Assembly (NCBI GenBank): GCA_028688325.1
Contig: JAQTYI010000002.1
Location: 9,395-73,394, forward strand
Origin: Candidatus Portnoybacteria bacterium
GTDB lineage: Bacteria; Patescibacteriota; Minisyncoccia; Portnoybacterales; GWB1-42-6
Reading direction: 5' to 3'
Length of the DNA stretch: 64,000 nt
Under the pieces are notes generated by a model. It ran no database searches, was not told where the DNA came from, and saw nothing but the letters and a program-made list of their open reading frames with translations. Below, piece after piece: positions 39,124-49,976 of this stretch (positions within the stretch are counted from its first letter, which is position 1; every line of letters begins with the position of its first letter). Position numbers and translations under genes: made by a program.

Positions 39124-40002
39124 TTATTTATAATAGACCTTATTCGCCATCCTCAAATCCACATATTTCAGCCCGGCTCCCTTATTTTTTATTTCATTAT
39201 TCAGTAAAGCGTCCAAAACCCTGGCCTGCGCTTGGGCAGCGCGGCTTAAATTAAAATAGGCCAGCCAGCCCTCGCCGGTAAAAGCGACCAAGCTTTGGGT
39301 GTCGCCGGCCATCAGAGTGAAACCGGACAGATCCGCTCCGCTTTCCCGCAGTTGTTTTTTTATTTGCGCGGCAAATTTAATTGTTGAAGACGCGACCGCG
39401 CTGTTGCCAGGGCCGATATTTTGGCCCGGCTGGCTGAAAAATGTCGGCAAAGCGGTGCCAAAAATTTCCGGCGCTTCGCGGAAAACCAATCCGTCATCAT
39501 CCATAAAGAAGCATCCGTTGCTTTGCGGCATAAGAAAAAACATCTCCGTTGTTGTCGCGCTGTTCCCGGTCTGCGCCGCGTTTTGGCACCAAAAAGCCGC
39601 TGCCTGGCGCCCTTTCACAGTTATTTTGACCCCCTTGAAGATGTTTTTATCCACCGCCACGCTAACTGCCTCGGGAAAAGATCCCATAATCTTATCAGAT
39701 AGGTCGCTGCTGGAAAACATCAGCCAATTATCCCTGGGAATCTTTTTCCATATCTTCGCCCGGAAAAAATCATCCGCCAGTTCCTGCGCTTGCGCCGCAG
39801 CGGTGAAATTCACACCCTCGACGGCCAGTTTTTTTATCTTCAGGACAGGCGAGAAAATCGCCAAATATAAAAGCCCGGTCAGGGCTAATAGCAAGATTCC
39901 CAACCAAAGCCATACCCGCCAATTGATTGCGAACTTACGGCGGCTGGCTTTAACCGAGATAGCAAAAATTTTAGAGCGTTTTTTTCTCCGATAAGCGAAC
40001 AT
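39124..40002 (-). CDS. ftsQ: Cell-division protein FtsQ/DivIB-like (POTRA)
   Basis: Single N-terminal TM followed by a POTRA-like domain. Confidence 0.5.
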   Translation of the reverse strand: MFAYRRKKRSKIFAISVKASRRKFAINWRVWLWLGILLLALTGLLYLAIFSPVLKIKKLAVEGVNFTAAAQAQELADDFFRAKIWKKIPRDNWLMFSSSDLSDKIMGSFPEAVSVAVDKNIFKGVKITVKGRQAAAFWCQNAAQTGNSATTTEMFFLMPQSNGCFFMDDDGLVFREAPEIFGTALPTFFSQPGQNIGPGNSAVASSTIKFAAQIKKQLRESGADLSGFTLMAGDTQSLVAFTGEGWLAYFNLSRAAQAQARVLDALLNNEIKNKGAGLKYVDLRMANKVYYK

Positions 40003-40110
40003 AATATCCGGATTTTTTACCCGCCAAATCCGCCCCGGGCGAAGAAGGAGGGCTATTTCTTACTTTTATTTTATACCCTGACCGGCATTGAGGCAAATCA
40101 GTTATCTACA

Positions 40111-40144
40111 AAAAAGAAAAACCGCCAAGACCCGGTCTTGGCGG
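40111..40144. terminator. Rho-independent terminator
   Basis: Perfect 15-bp stem aaaaaccgccaagac/gtcttggcggttttt with ccgg loop. Confidence 0.75.
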
Positions 40145-40147
40145 TTT

Positions 40148-40522
40148 TTATGCTTTTTTCATTTTCCGTAAAACTTCCCAGACATCATCGGGGATCGGTG
40201 GCGGCTCGCGCAACGGGCTCACGCCCGGATAGCGCCAGGCGGAAATGATAATTATCTGCTCTCCGTCAGGATTGAATTTAGTTTTGACTTTTGAGTTTTG
40301 ACTTTTGAGTTTTTGTTGCCACATCACCCAGATCTCAAACGGATGCTTGGCGCTTCCGGCCGGCTGCATGCCCGCCACCGTGTTTTCCGCCACGCCCACT
40401 TCCAGGCGTTTGGGATGGCGCAGCACTCTTTTGACGCGGCTGGCCGACAAACCATACCGGCGCATCTTCCCTTTGACATGGTCGGTCCAGTAATAATTTT
40501 CCCTGATATTTTGCAGATTCAT
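40148..40522 (-). CDS. DUF4258-like (RelE-fold toxin-like) protein
   Basis: N-terminus YWTDHVKGKMRRYGLSASRVKRVL is DUF4258-like. Contains an in-frame 15-nt tandem repeat. Confidence 0.4.
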   Translation of the reverse strand: MNLQNIRENYYWTDHVKGKMRRYGLSASRVKRVLRHPKRLEVGVAENTVAGMQPAGSAKHPFEIWVMWQQKLKSQNSKVKTKFNPDGEQIIIISAWRYPGVSPLREPPPIPDDVWEVLRKMKKA

Positions 40523-40609
40523 ACTCTTTATTTATGTCTATATTATAGCAACGACAAAAATAAAAAACCACCGCCAAACTTTAGTTCAACGGTGGCTGGC
40601 AAGAACAGC

Positions 40610-41248
40610 TCATTCAACAAAATTTATTTTTAAGCTTCTGAAATCAAATGGATTTTCCTCATCTTTAACATCGTTCTCAAAAACCATAAAATGAAGGTGA
40701 TCTCGGTCTGTCCAGCCGGTTTTACCGACTTTGGCGATCACATCCCCCTCCGAAACAAGAGACCCGATTGAAAAACGGACGGAATTTTTTTCTAGATGAC
40801 AGTACTGCGAGTATTCAATGCTGTGACCGAGATCGTGCGCCAGATGCTTTATAGTCACATAATTCAGCTTGTCTCGATAAGCGGGGTCATCTCCCCATTC
40901 ATCAAAATGATCTACGATATCCACCACTACGCCCGATTGCGCGGCCAAAACGCCTGTTCCGTCCGGAACCAAAAAATCAATCGCGTGTGAAAACGGGCCG
41001 ATGTGAGACTCGGGACTGGCAGCGGTTAAAAAAGGGCCGACCCTTTTTAGCTGATCAGCCGGAATCCCCTGCGCCAACGAATCTCCCGCCTTTATCACGC
41101 TTTCATTCTTTAAGGATAATGGAAAGTTGTAAATGAGCGCCGATGAGCTTTTAGATTTCCTCCACGCCTTATTCGCCTCCAAACATCTCTTACTAAAATC
41201 ATCCATGGACATCCTCCCTATTTGCTCCCTTGATATTTTATTTATCAT
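40610..41248 (-). CDS. M23 (LytM-domain) peptidase
   Basis: HxxxD … HLH zinc-ligand arrangement (HAIDF…DHLHFMV). Confidence 0.75.
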   Translation of the reverse strand: MINKISREQIGRMSMDDFSKRCLEANKAWRKSKSSSALIYNFPLSLKNESVIKAGDSLAQGIPADQLKRVGPFLTAASPESHIGPFSHAIDFLVPDGTGVLAAQSGVVVDIVDHFDEWGDDPAYRDKLNYVTIKHLAHDLGHSIEYSQYCHLEKNSVRFSIGSLVSEGDVIAKVGKTGWTDRDHLHFMVFENDVKDEENPFDFRSLKINFVE

Positions 41249-41288
41249 CAGTAATAATAACGGCCGCTTGTTACTCTGTCAATGTTTT

Positions 41289-42740
41289 TTAATCTTGTTT
41301 TTCCCGCATCGCCGGAAATAAAATTACCTCACGCATAGTAGGAGCGTTGGTTAATATCATCACCAAACGGTCGATGCCGATACCCCAGCCGGCGGCCGGC
41401 GGCATGCCGTATTCCAAGGCGTCAATGAAATCCTGGTCGAACCGTTGGATTTCCTCATCCTTGGCGTGATGGTGTTCTTGTTTTTTCATACGGCTCGCTT
41501 GGTCTTGTGGGTCGTTCAATTCGGAATAGGCATTTATCAATTCGGTTCCGGCAACAATTAGCTGGAACCTGGCGGCTTCTTGCGGGTCCTCATCAGACGC
41601 CTTGGCCAACGGAGACATCTCTAGCGGATGATTTATCACAAAAGTCGGCTGAATTATTTTTGACCGGATAGTTTTGAAAAGCTCGTCCACCATTTTGCAG
41701 GCGGGCATATCCTCATCGATTTTTTCTCCGGCCTTGACCAGGGTTTTCACCAGCACCTCCTTGCCGCAATCTTTAATATCGATATCGTAATATTCTTTTA
41801 TCAGATCGGCCATCGCCACGCGCTTAAATGGAGGGGAAAGATTTATTTTTTCTCCCTGATATTCGATTTCCAGCTCGGGTACCAAAAATTCAAACATCTC
41901 TTCGGTCAGCTCCATCAGCTGCTCGTAGTCGGCATAGGCCCAATAAAATTCCAAGATGGTAAAATCCGGATTGTGCAATTTATCCATTCCCTCGTTCCGG
42001 AAACACCGGCCCAGCTCATAAACCTTTTCGAATCCACCCACCAAAAGACGCTTCAAATACAGCTCCGGCGCCACGCGCAAATATAAATCCATATCCAACG
42101 CATTCAGGTGCGTTTTAAACGGCTTGGCCAATGCGCCGCCTGGCAAGGCCTGCAATATAGGCGTTTCCACTTCCATAAATCCCTTGCCTTCCAAAAATGC
42201 GCGCATATTCTTGATTATTTCGCTGCGCATTTTAAATCTTTCCCGCGCATCCCTGTCCATCACCAAATCCAGATAGCGGTGGCGGAATCGCTCCTCAACA
42301 TCTTTCAGGCCGTGCCACTTATCCGGTAGCTGGTTAAGCGACTTTGACAATAATTTTATTTTTCTAACCAGCAGGGTTTTCTCTTCCGTTTGCGTTTTGA
42401 AAAGCTCTCCTTGCGCTTCAATAAAATCGCCGATATCAAAATTGTCTGCGAATAATTTATATTCTGCTTCACCCAAAACATCTTTTTTGAAAAAAAGTTG
42501 GATTTGGCCGGAAACATCTTCCAAGCGCGCAAAGCACGAACCGCCATGCAAACGCAAGAGGCGCAAGCGGCCGGCTAAAATTATTTCTTTTTTTGTTCGT
42601 GCATATTCGTCGAATTTTTCCAGCACCTGCTCAGCCAAAAACCGGCCATGCGCCGTTTGCGCCGGATAAGGATTTACGCCCGACTCTTTCAGCCGGGTCA
42701 ATTTTTCCAAACGGTCGTTTTTTATTTTTTCCAGAGACAT
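41289..42740 (-). CDS. lysS: Lysine--tRNA ligase (class II)
   Basis: N-terminal OB anticodon-binding domain plus class II motifs 1-3 (FMEVETP, FRNEG, GIGIDRL). Confidence 0.95.
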   Translation of the reverse strand: MSLEKIKNDRLEKLTRLKESGVNPYPAQTAHGRFLAEQVLEKFDEYARTKKEIILAGRLRLLRLHGGSCFARLEDVSGQIQLFFKKDVLGEAEYKLFADNFDIGDFIEAQGELFKTQTEEKTLLVRKIKLLSKSLNQLPDKWHGLKDVEERFRHRYLDLVMDRDARERFKMRSEIIKNMRAFLEGKGFMEVETPILQALPGGALAKPFKTHLNALDMDLYLRVAPELYLKRLLVGGFEKVYELGRCFRNEGMDKLHNPDFTILEFYWAYADYEQLMELTEEMFEFLVPELEIEYQGEKINLSPPFKRVAMADLIKEYYDIDIKDCGKEVLVKTLVKAGEKIDEDMPACKMVDELFKTIRSKIIQPTFVINHPLEMSPLAKASDEDPQEAARFQLIVAGTELINAYSELNDPQDQASRMKKQEHHHAKDEEIQRFDQDFIDALEYGMPPAAGWGIGIDRLVMILTNAPTMREVILFPAMREKQD

Positions 42741-42784
42741 ATATAATTATAATTCAATTTAAAATCCGCATCTCTTCCGCGCAT

Positions 42785-43040
42785 ACGAAAAATTTTGTTA
42801 TAAAATCCTGGCGAGCCGAGCGTCTAAAATTGCCAGCGGGACAAGAGAACGGAGCGAATCGAGTTGTCCGCGGCGATTTTAGCAAGGCGAGGCGGATTTT
42901 ATATAAAATATATTTACTTGCTCGCTCGGAAATAAAAGTAATAACTTCTATTTCGCTCACTCGCTTCTTAAATCAAAATTTTATCGTCGCGCGCAGTCTT
43001 TTGGCTACTTTTCTGCTGCCAGAAAAGTAGCGAGATAAAT
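42785..43040. repeat. Dispersed repeat family (gctacttttctg…cagaaaagtagc hairpin plus cgtctaaaat…attttagacg)
   Basis: Matches 49215-49390. Confidence 0.55.
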
Positions 43041-43092
43041 ATTGATAAAAAATCCTGGATCCCGGGTCAAGCATGGGATGACAATTTATTTA

Positions 43093-43545
43093 TTAGCTTA
43101 AAGCCACTATCTTGTAGGTTGTTTTGCCGCCGGGGGTTTCAACCTCCACCGTATCGCCGGCTTTGTGGCCCAAAAATGCTTTGCCCAAAGGCGATTCGTT
43201 GGAAATTTTGCCGCCCGCCGGGTTGGCCTCCTCGGAGCCCACAATGGCGAATTCCTGGCTTTTTCCGTTGGCGCGCACTTCAACGGTTGAGCCGATATGC
43301 GCAATACTTGAACGACGATTTTTGTCTATTATGGTCGCTTCCCGCAATAATTGCTCCAATTCCAGTATTTTTCCTTCGTTGAATGCCTGGGCTTCGCGCG
43401 CAGAAATATATTCCTGATTTTCCGAAAGGTCTCCCAGGGCTTTGGCTTCTTCAATGCGCGCGGCGACTTCCTGGCGCTTAAGCTTTAATTCTTCCAATTC
43501 CTGCTTATGTTGCCGAAATCCTTCCTCGCTCAAGTACTGTGGCAT
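43093..43545 (-). CDS. greA: Transcription elongation factor GreA
   Basis: N-terminal coiled coil plus C-terminal FKBP-like domain; conserved acidic tip. Confidence 0.95.
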   Translation of the reverse strand: MPQYLSEEGFRQHKQELEELKLKRQEVAARIEEAKALGDLSENQEYISAREAQAFNEGKILELEQLLREATIIDKNRRSSIAHIGSTVEVRANGKSQEFAIVGSEEANPAGGKISNESPLGKAFLGHKAGDTVEVETPGGKTTYKIVALS

Positions 43546-43666
43546 ATCCTGAAAATTTCTAAATCCTAATTTCTAATCTTTAATCCCGTCCCGCAAAGCG
43601 GGACCTTATTGCCGCCCTGCGGGCGGTCATCCGAAGGATGAAAAATTGAAAATTGAAAATTGAAAA

Positions 43667-45601
43667 TTATTGTTTATAGTATTCCTTCAAGACCTCTTTT
43701 ATGACCGGCATGGCCACTTGGCTTCCTTCGCCCGCTTTTTCCACCAGAACGACCAGAACCATCTGCGGATTATCGTATGGGGCGAATACGACTCCCCAGG
43801 CGTTCGGGCTGGCATTCCCCGCCACCTGGGCGGTGCCGGTCTTAGCGCCAACCGCCACGGGCAAGTCATTAAGCAGAAGCGCCGAACCGTCGGTGACGGT
43901 TTGGCGCATGGCTTTTTTTATGACGGCAAAGTTCGCTTCGTCAATGAAATTTCGGCTGATGATTTTTGGCTCAACATTAACAATAACATTCTTGTCTGAA
44001 TCAATGATTTTGTCAACTACATGCGGCTTCAAAACTTTTCCGCCGTTTAAAATGGCGGCGGTGGCCGCGGCCATCTGTAAAGGAGTCGCCAGAAGGTCGC
44101 CCTGCCCAATGGAAATATGATAGGTATCGCCGGTATACCAGTCCTCTTTTTTGACCTGCTGTTTCCATCGCTCGCTCGGCACAAGGCCGCTGCCCTCTCC
44201 GGGCAGATCAATGCCCAAGATATTGCCGAACCCGAACAATTTGAAATATTTTTCCAAGTTTCCCATTCCCAGCCCTTTTATATTACCATATCCGCCGCCG
44301 ACTGTATAGAAATAAACATCGCAGGACTGGGCGATAGCGGAATAGATGTTCACTGTGCCATGCGCTTTCCAGTCGGCAAAACGATAGATGATGCTGGAAT
44401 CGTATTGATTCATCAAGGCAAGCTCTCCCGGATCATAAATCGATGTGCCCGGAGTAACAATTTTTTCCTGCAGCGCCGCGGCGCCTATCAGCGGCTTTAC
44501 TGTAGAACCCGGCGGATATTGGCCGGATACGACCCTGTTGAACAACGGCTGAGTGGGATTATTCGCCAAGTCGCCGTAATCCTTGGAAGAAAAATTCTGT
44601 CCGAAAAGATTATTGTCAAAAGACGGGAAGCTCGCCATCGCCAGGACGCCGCCGCTTGAAGGATCTATGGCCACTGCGGCGGCCCTTTTTAATTGTCGGC
44701 TCTGCAAAGCACGGCTTAAACTGCCGTAAAGAAGTTCCTGCAACCGGCTGTCAATGGCCAGAACCAACCCCTGCCCGTCTTTTGCTTTTTGTTCCGACAC
44801 CTCGCCTTTTAACCGCCCCATTGAGTCAACTTCCAGTAGGCGCTGGCCGGGAGTTCCCCGTAAAATTTTTTCGTAAAACGCTTCCAATCCATTTTTGCCG
44901 ATCTTTTCCGTTAAAAAATAATCCGGATTCTCGACAATATCCCGGCCGGTCAACTTTCCCAAATATCCCAAAATGTGGGAGTATTGAGGGCCGCTAACAT
45001 ATTGGCGGGAAATATTCTGTTCGATGCGGAACCCGGGCAGTTCATTCAACTCCGCTTGAATTTCAAGCATTTTTTTGTGCTCCAAACCGTCAATGACGAT
45101 GGCCGAGGAGTTATACTTTGAATTAATATCGCCGATTTCCTTCAATATTTCCTCTTGGGGCGCGCCGGAAATATCGGCCGCCTTTTTTATTACTTCCCGG
45201 CGCACGGCAGCATCCCTGGGTAAGTCCGGCAAGCTCACCACGAGATTGAAACTGGGCGCGTTAAAAACCAGCTGCTTCATATTTTTATCATAAATGATCC
45301 CGCGCGCCGCGAAAATCGGCAAAGACCGGGTGCGGTTTTTCTCGGCCAAATTCTTGAAATATCCGCTGTTCCAAATTTGCAAATAGGCGGCCTGCCCCGT
45401 CAAGACCAAAAAAGCGCCTAAAATTATCGCCCCAAAAAGCCGAAAAATTCTGCGCCTGATGGGCACCTCTATTTTTTGCTCTTCCAAATCCGACGATTTG
45501 GTCGCATCAAGCAAAATTTCCTCCGGTTCTATCGTTTCTTTGAATATCGTTCTTATCTTGAATTTATCCAGGTTTTTATTTAATTTTGGCAAGTGGTCCA
45601 T
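43667..45601 (-). CDS. mrdA: Penicillin-binding protein 2 (transpeptidase)
   Basis: STVK active site, SxN, KTGT. N-terminal TM plus dimerisation domain. Confidence 0.9.
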   Translation of the reverse strand: MDHLPKLNKNLDKFKIRTIFKETIEPEEILLDATKSSDLEEQKIEVPIRRRIFRLFGAIILGAFLVLTGQAAYLQIWNSGYFKNLAEKNRTRSLPIFAARGIIYDKNMKQLVFNAPSFNLVVSLPDLPRDAAVRREVIKKAADISGAPQEEILKEIGDINSKYNSSAIVIDGLEHKKMLEIQAELNELPGFRIEQNISRQYVSGPQYSHILGYLGKLTGRDIVENPDYFLTEKIGKNGLEAFYEKILRGTPGQRLLEVDSMGRLKGEVSEQKAKDGQGLVLAIDSRLQELLYGSLSRALQSRQLKRAAAVAIDPSSGGVLAMASFPSFDNNLFGQNFSSKDYGDLANNPTQPLFNRVVSGQYPPGSTVKPLIGAAALQEKIVTPGTSIYDPGELALMNQYDSSIIYRFADWKAHGTVNIYSAIAQSCDVYFYTVGGGYGNIKGLGMGNLEKYFKLFGFGNILGIDLPGEGSGLVPSERWKQQVKKEDWYTGDTYHISIGQGDLLATPLQMAAATAAILNGGKVLKPHVVDKIIDSDKNVIVNVEPKIISRNFIDEANFAVIKKAMRQTVTDGSALLLNDLPVAVGAKTGTAQVAGNASPNAWGVVFAPYDNPQMVLVVLVEKAGEGSQVAMPVIKEVLKEYYKQ

Positions 45602-46109
45602 GATTTTTAAGTATTTTCATATTGTTTAAAGCCCAAAGAAAGGACAAGCTAAGAATCCCGTTATATAAAACGCCGATCGGTAAAACGGCATAGAAGTAGA
45701 AAGGCGACAGAACAACCGGCTCGGCTAAATGCCAAATTGAAAAAACATAACCCAGTAAAATCCTGAAAAATTCATAAGACAACAAGCCGACAAAGGCCAG
45801 CGACAAAACCGCCAAAAAATCATTTTGCTTTAAAAAAGTGTTCTCCATCCGTTCGATAAAAAAATACATCAGCCATAAACTGAGCGCAAAAAGACCAAAC
45901 GGCCGGCCCGCAGCCAGCTCAAAAAACAGGATGGGAATCAAAATAAGCCAGGCGTTTTTTCGTTCCGATTGCCAGACCGCGACAGCCAAAATGCCGGATA
46001 AAATTAAATTGGGCGCGACCGCCAAAACGGCCAGGCGCGCCGCTACGGTCAGCTGCAAGACCGCGATAATGATTGAAAATAAAACTGCAAAAAAAATCCG
46101 CATAATCAT
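45576..46109 (-). CDS. mreD: Rod shape-determining protein MreD
   Basis: 177-aa polytopic membrane protein positioned between mreC and PBP2. Confidence 0.55.
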   Translation of the reverse strand: MIMRIFFAVLFSIIIAVLQLTVAARLAVLAVAPNLILSGILAVAVWQSERKNAWLILIPILFFELAAGRPFGLFALSLWLMYFFIERMENTFLKQNDFLAVLSLAFVGLLSYEFFRILLGYVFSIWHLAEPVVLSPFYFYAVLPIGVLYNGILSLSFLWALNNMKILKNHGPLAKIK

Positions 46110-46140
46110 TTATTCTCTTTATATCCGCTGAGTTTCGCCG

Positions 46141-46941
46141 CTATTGAACAATCACAAAAACCTGCTCCAAATTTTTAATTTCCATTGCCGGCGTTATGGA
46201 AGCGCGTTGAAAAATATCATTGGCCTTTTTGACGACATCCGTTATTTTTCCGATAATCAGGTCTTTCGGGACGCCGTCATTCAATCCCGATGTCAACACT
46301 GTTTCTCCGACATTGATCCGGACATCAATCGGTATCATTTCCATCGCCACGCCAAGACCGTGGCTTCCCTTGACGGCCCCGCCCACCCGCGTATCCTGAG
46401 TCACCGCATTCACGGACGAATTGCTGTCAAAAATCAAAAGCACCTTGGAATGATTTCCTTCGACTTCAGCCACTCGGCCGATCAAAAAGTCATTGGCCGC
46501 GACCACCGCCTGCCCCGCCGACAGGCCGTCCGCTCTGCCTTTGTCTATCAAAAAATACTGGCCCAAAACGGGATTATATCCGACAACATCCGCCATCACC
46601 GACCGGCGATTGGCCGTTTCGTCGTTCTCTAAATGCCGGCGCAACGCTTCATTTTCCCTGGCCGTTTCTTTTAATCGCGACACCTCTCCCAAAAGCGCCA
46701 GATTGGCATTTTTTAAATTAGCATTCTCTTTGTTCAGGTCTTTGATTTCCACAAAAAAATCCCAAGCGCCCGAAAATCCCTTATCAACGGAACGGAATAA
46801 TTTTAAAAACGGGCCGGCGGTCCAAAGCGCCAGATCCTTGGCGGGCGAGAGCAAGCCGCAAAAATTAAAAAAAATCAGCAGCAAGATTACCGCCAAGACC
46901 GCAAAAAAGTTAATTAATTTTGATTTATTTACATTTTTCAT
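46141..46941 (-). CDS. mreC: Rod shape-determining protein MreC
   Basis: N-terminal TM, coiled coil, beta-rich C-terminus; sits in the mreBCD order. Confidence 0.8.
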   Translation of the reverse strand: MKNVNKSKLINFFAVLAVILLLIFFNFCGLLSPAKDLALWTAGPFLKLFRSVDKGFSGAWDFFVEIKDLNKENANLKNANLALLGEVSRLKETARENEALRRHLENDETANRRSVMADVVGYNPVLGQYFLIDKGRADGLSAGQAVVAANDFLIGRVAEVEGNHSKVLLIFDSNSSVNAVTQDTRVGGAVKGSHGLGVAMEMIPIDVRINVGETVLTSGLNDGVPKDLIIGKITDVVKKANDIFQRASITPAMEIKNLEQVFVIVQ

Positions 46942-47036
46942 TGAATAACTCTCTTCTTTTCTTCCGCGTGATTCCGCGAAACTACGCTAAATTGCAGAGG
47001 ATAAACGCAGAAATAAGTTCCGCGTTTATCCGCGGC

Positions 47037-48095
47037 TTATCTGGGCACTTCCCTGTATTGAGGCGAGACCAAAACTTCGCTTAGTCGCTCAATATCTTCC
47101 AAGACAATGCCGCATCCCCGCACCACCGCGGTCAAAGGATCTTCGGCCACCCGCACCGGCATTTGCGTTTCCTCGGCCACCAATTTGTCCAGCCCCCTCA
47201 GCAAGCTGCCGCCGCCCGACAAGACAATGCCGCGCTCCATGATGTCAGCCACTAACTCCGGCGGCGTTTGCTCAACAGCGGCTCGAATGGTATTAACTAA
47301 TATTTTTACGGACCTGGCCATGGCTTCCCTAATCTCAAAATCGCTCACCATCAATTCTTTGGGCAAGCCGTTGATAAGATCGCGGCCGCGCATCAAGGCC
47401 TTAGATTTTTCGTTCATATCATAAGCCGAACCAATGGAAATTTTAATATCTTCGGCGGTCCGCTCGCCAAGCAATAATTTAAATTCATCCCGCGCATATT
47501 TAATGATATCCTCATTCAATTTGTCGCCGGCAATCCGCAAACTTTTGCTGATGACTATTCCGCCAAGAGAAATTATCGCCACTTCACAAGTGCCTCCGCC
47601 GATATCCACTATCATATTGCCCACTGCGTCCTGCACGGGTAAGCGTGCGCCAATCGCCGCGGCCATTGGCTCCTCTATCAAAAAAACCTCGCGAGCCCCC
47701 GCGTTGCGCGCCGCATCTTCCACGGCCCGCTTTTCCACCTCCGTCACACCGCAAGGCACGCCGATAACCACCCTGGGCCGCGCCAAAAAAGACAAATTTT
47801 TGTTATTCACCTGGCCGATGAAATATCTGAGCATCTGCTCGGTCACTTCAAAATCCGAGATTACTCCGTCAACCAGAGGGCGCGTCGCCACGATATGGCC
47901 GGGAGTGCGGCCCACCATTCTTTTGGCTTCATTGCCGATCGCTAAAATCTGGCCGGTCTTTTGGTTAACCGCCACTACCGACGGCTCATTGATGACAATG
48001 CCTCGGCCGCGGACATAAACCAAAGTATTGGCCGTGCCCAAATCGATGCCGATGTCTTTTGAAAAATTTCCGAAAATTTTGCTTATCATAATCAA
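47037..48095 (-). CDS. mreB: Rod shape-determining protein MreB
   Basis: Actin-fold motifs GIDLGTANT, DIGGGT, LSGGGS. Confidence 0.95.
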   Translation of the reverse strand: MIMISKIFGNFSKDIGIDLGTANTLVYVRGRGIVINEPSVVAVNQKTGQILAIGNEAKRMVGRTPGHIVATRPLVDGVISDFEVTEQMLRYFIGQVNNKNLSFLARPRVVIGVPCGVTEVEKRAVEDAARNAGAREVFLIEEPMAAAIGARLPVQDAVGNMIVDIGGGTCEVAIISLGGIVISKSLRIAGDKLNEDIIKYARDEFKLLLGERTAEDIKISIGSAYDMNEKSKALMRGRDLINGLPKELMVSDFEIREAMARSVKILVNTIRAAVEQTPPELVADIMERGIVLSGGGSLLRGLDKLVAEETQMPVRVAEDPLTAVVRGCGIVLEDIERLSEVLVSPQYREVPR

Positions 48096-49168
48096 AATAA
48101 TCTCGCTATGTCTTTCAAAGTTATCACAACCATCAATAAAATCAAGAAAACAAAGCCCGCCGCGTGAACCGCCTTTTCCACCGACTCGCTCACCGGCGAA
48201 CCCTTTATTTTTTCTATTATCAGAAAAAGGACCCGCCCGCCGTCCAGCGCCGGAAAAGGCAGGGCATTAACGATGGCCAGATTTATCGAAAGGAAGGCGG
48301 CCAGCTGCAGCAGATAGACAAAACCCATTTGCGCGGCCTGTCCGGTTATCATATAGACGCCCACCGGCCCCACCACTCCGCCCGCCGCGCCGCCGGAGCT
48401 GAAAAACTTCCAGATGATATATGCCAAGGAAGAAATAATGACCCAAATTAGAACAAAAACGGTTTTTACGCCTTCATATATCGCCTGATACCAGGGAAAA
48501 GCTATTTTGGCCACGCGCGCCAGTCCCACGCCCATTGCGCCCTCGCCTTGAGGCGGATTGGAGCGCGGCACGATATTTATCTGAAATTGCGACTGCCCTC
48601 TTTTGAGCCACACGGAAATTTCCTTTCCCTTGTTTCTATCAACGAAGCCCTGAAAATCAACGACTTTTTTGACATCCGATAATTGGTTGCCAGACGCGTT
48701 GGCGCCCAAAACGATATCCCCCGCTTTGATGCCGGCACTCTCTGCCGGCGAGCCGGCCGCGATCTGAGTTATCTGAACTATTGCGCCGTTAATATTTTGG
48801 GCGTCGTCTATCGTTTGAGGCAGGCCTATCATATAGCCCATGCTAAGCAGCAATATCGCCAAGATTATATTCATTGTCACCCCTGCCAGCAAAACAATGG
48901 CACGCTGCCAGGCCTTTTTGGCGGCAAAAGAATGAGTGCTGTTTTTTTCTTCCCCATCCTCACCAAAAATTTTAACAAATCCCCCCAGCGGAATCAGATT
49001 AATAGAATAAATTGTCTCACCTCTTTTCACGCCAAAGAGCCGAGGCGGAAAACCGAACCCGAATTCCTCCACGCGTATGCCCATCTTCTTGGCGGCAAAA
49101 AAATGCCCAAGCTCATGGACAAAGACCAGCGGGCCCAATATTAAAATAAAAGCGATGACGGTTAGCAT
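48092..49168 (-). CDS. rseP: Site-2 protease RseP (M50) with PDZ domain
   Basis: HELGHFFAAK HExxH in TM1, PDZ insert, LDG motif. Confidence 0.9.
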   Translation of the reverse strand: MLTVIAFILILGPLVFVHELGHFFAAKKMGIRVEEFGFGFPPRLFGVKRGETIYSINLIPLGGFVKIFGEDGEEKNSTHSFAAKKAWQRAIVLLAGVTMNIILAILLLSMGYMIGLPQTIDDAQNINGAIVQITQIAAGSPAESAGIKAGDIVLGANASGNQLSDVKKVVDFQGFVDRNKGKEISVWLKRGQSQFQINIVPRSNPPQGEGAMGVGLARVAKIAFPWYQAIYEGVKTVFVLIWVIISSLAYIIWKFFSSGGAAGGVVGPVGVYMITGQAAQMGFVYLLQLAAFLSINLAIVNALPFPALDGGRVLFLIIEKIKGSPVSESVEKAVHAAGFVFLILLMVVITLKDIARLF

Positions 49169-49214
49169 TAACTTAGATTAAAATCATTTTCAAGCCGCCC
49201 ATAGCGAAAAAATA

Positions 49215-49390
49215 ATCAGAAAATCGAGATGAGCGAGTCGTCTAAAATCGCGTGCTGTGGTGGGGCCCCGACCGTCAGGTCGGGGCGTTGCGGATAGCGA
49301 TTTTAGACGAGCGAATCCGATTTTCTTTATTTTTTACGCTCGGGCGCGGTCTTTTGGCTACTTTTCTGCCGACAGAAAAGTAGCAAGAAA
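49215..49390. repeat. Dispersed repeat family copy
   Basis: cgtctaaaatcgc…gcgattttagacg inverted repeat plus ggtcttttggctacttttctgccgacagaaaagtagc hairpin. Confidence 0.55.
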
Positions 49391-49394
49391 AATT

Positions 49395-49976
49395 CTATAT
49401 AGTCATGATCTCTTTCTCTTTTCCCCCGCCCATCTCTTCAATCTTCTTGTTATATTCATCTATCATTTTCTGCAATTCTTCCTTGCCGCGGAATTTATCA
49501 TCCTCGCGGATCGCTCCGGCGCGCTCTCCGTCCTGCAGTTCTTTCCAGACCTTCTCGCGGGCGTTGCGCACTGCCTGCTTGGCGGTCTCCATTTTTTGCT
49601 TCAGATTGCGCACCAATTCCTTGCGTGTCTCTTCGGTCAGCTGAGGAATAGCCACTCTGATGATATCGCCGGTACTGGAAACGGAAAGCCCCGAGCGGGA
49701 ACCGCTGATGGCTTTTTCAATCTCTTTGTTGATAGTCTTATCCCATGGCTGAACCGTCAAAAGGCGCGGCTCGGGCGCGTTGATAACTGCCAATTCGCGC
49801 AATTGCGAACGGCTGCCGTAGCATTCAACTTCCACCGTCTCAATTAAAGCCGGTGTGGCTCGGCCCGTGCGCAAAGTGCCCATTTCTTCCTTGAAATGGA
49901 CCATTGTTTTTTCGAGTTCCGGTTTTATTCTGTTGATGATTTCTTTATACATTTTTTGCTTTTGAGACATATTCAA
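49395..49976 (-). CDS. frr: Ribosome recycling factor
   Basis: Full-length RRF collinearity. Confidence 0.95.
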   Translation of the reverse strand: MNMSQKQKMYKEIINRIKPELEKTMVHFKEEMGTLRTGRATPALIETVEVECYGSRSQLRELAVINAPEPRLLTVQPWDKTINKEIEKAISGSRSGLSVSSTGDIIRVAIPQLTEETRKELVRNLKQKMETAKQAVRNAREKVWKELQDGERAGAIREDDKFRGKEELQKMIDEYNKKIEEMGGGKEKEIMTI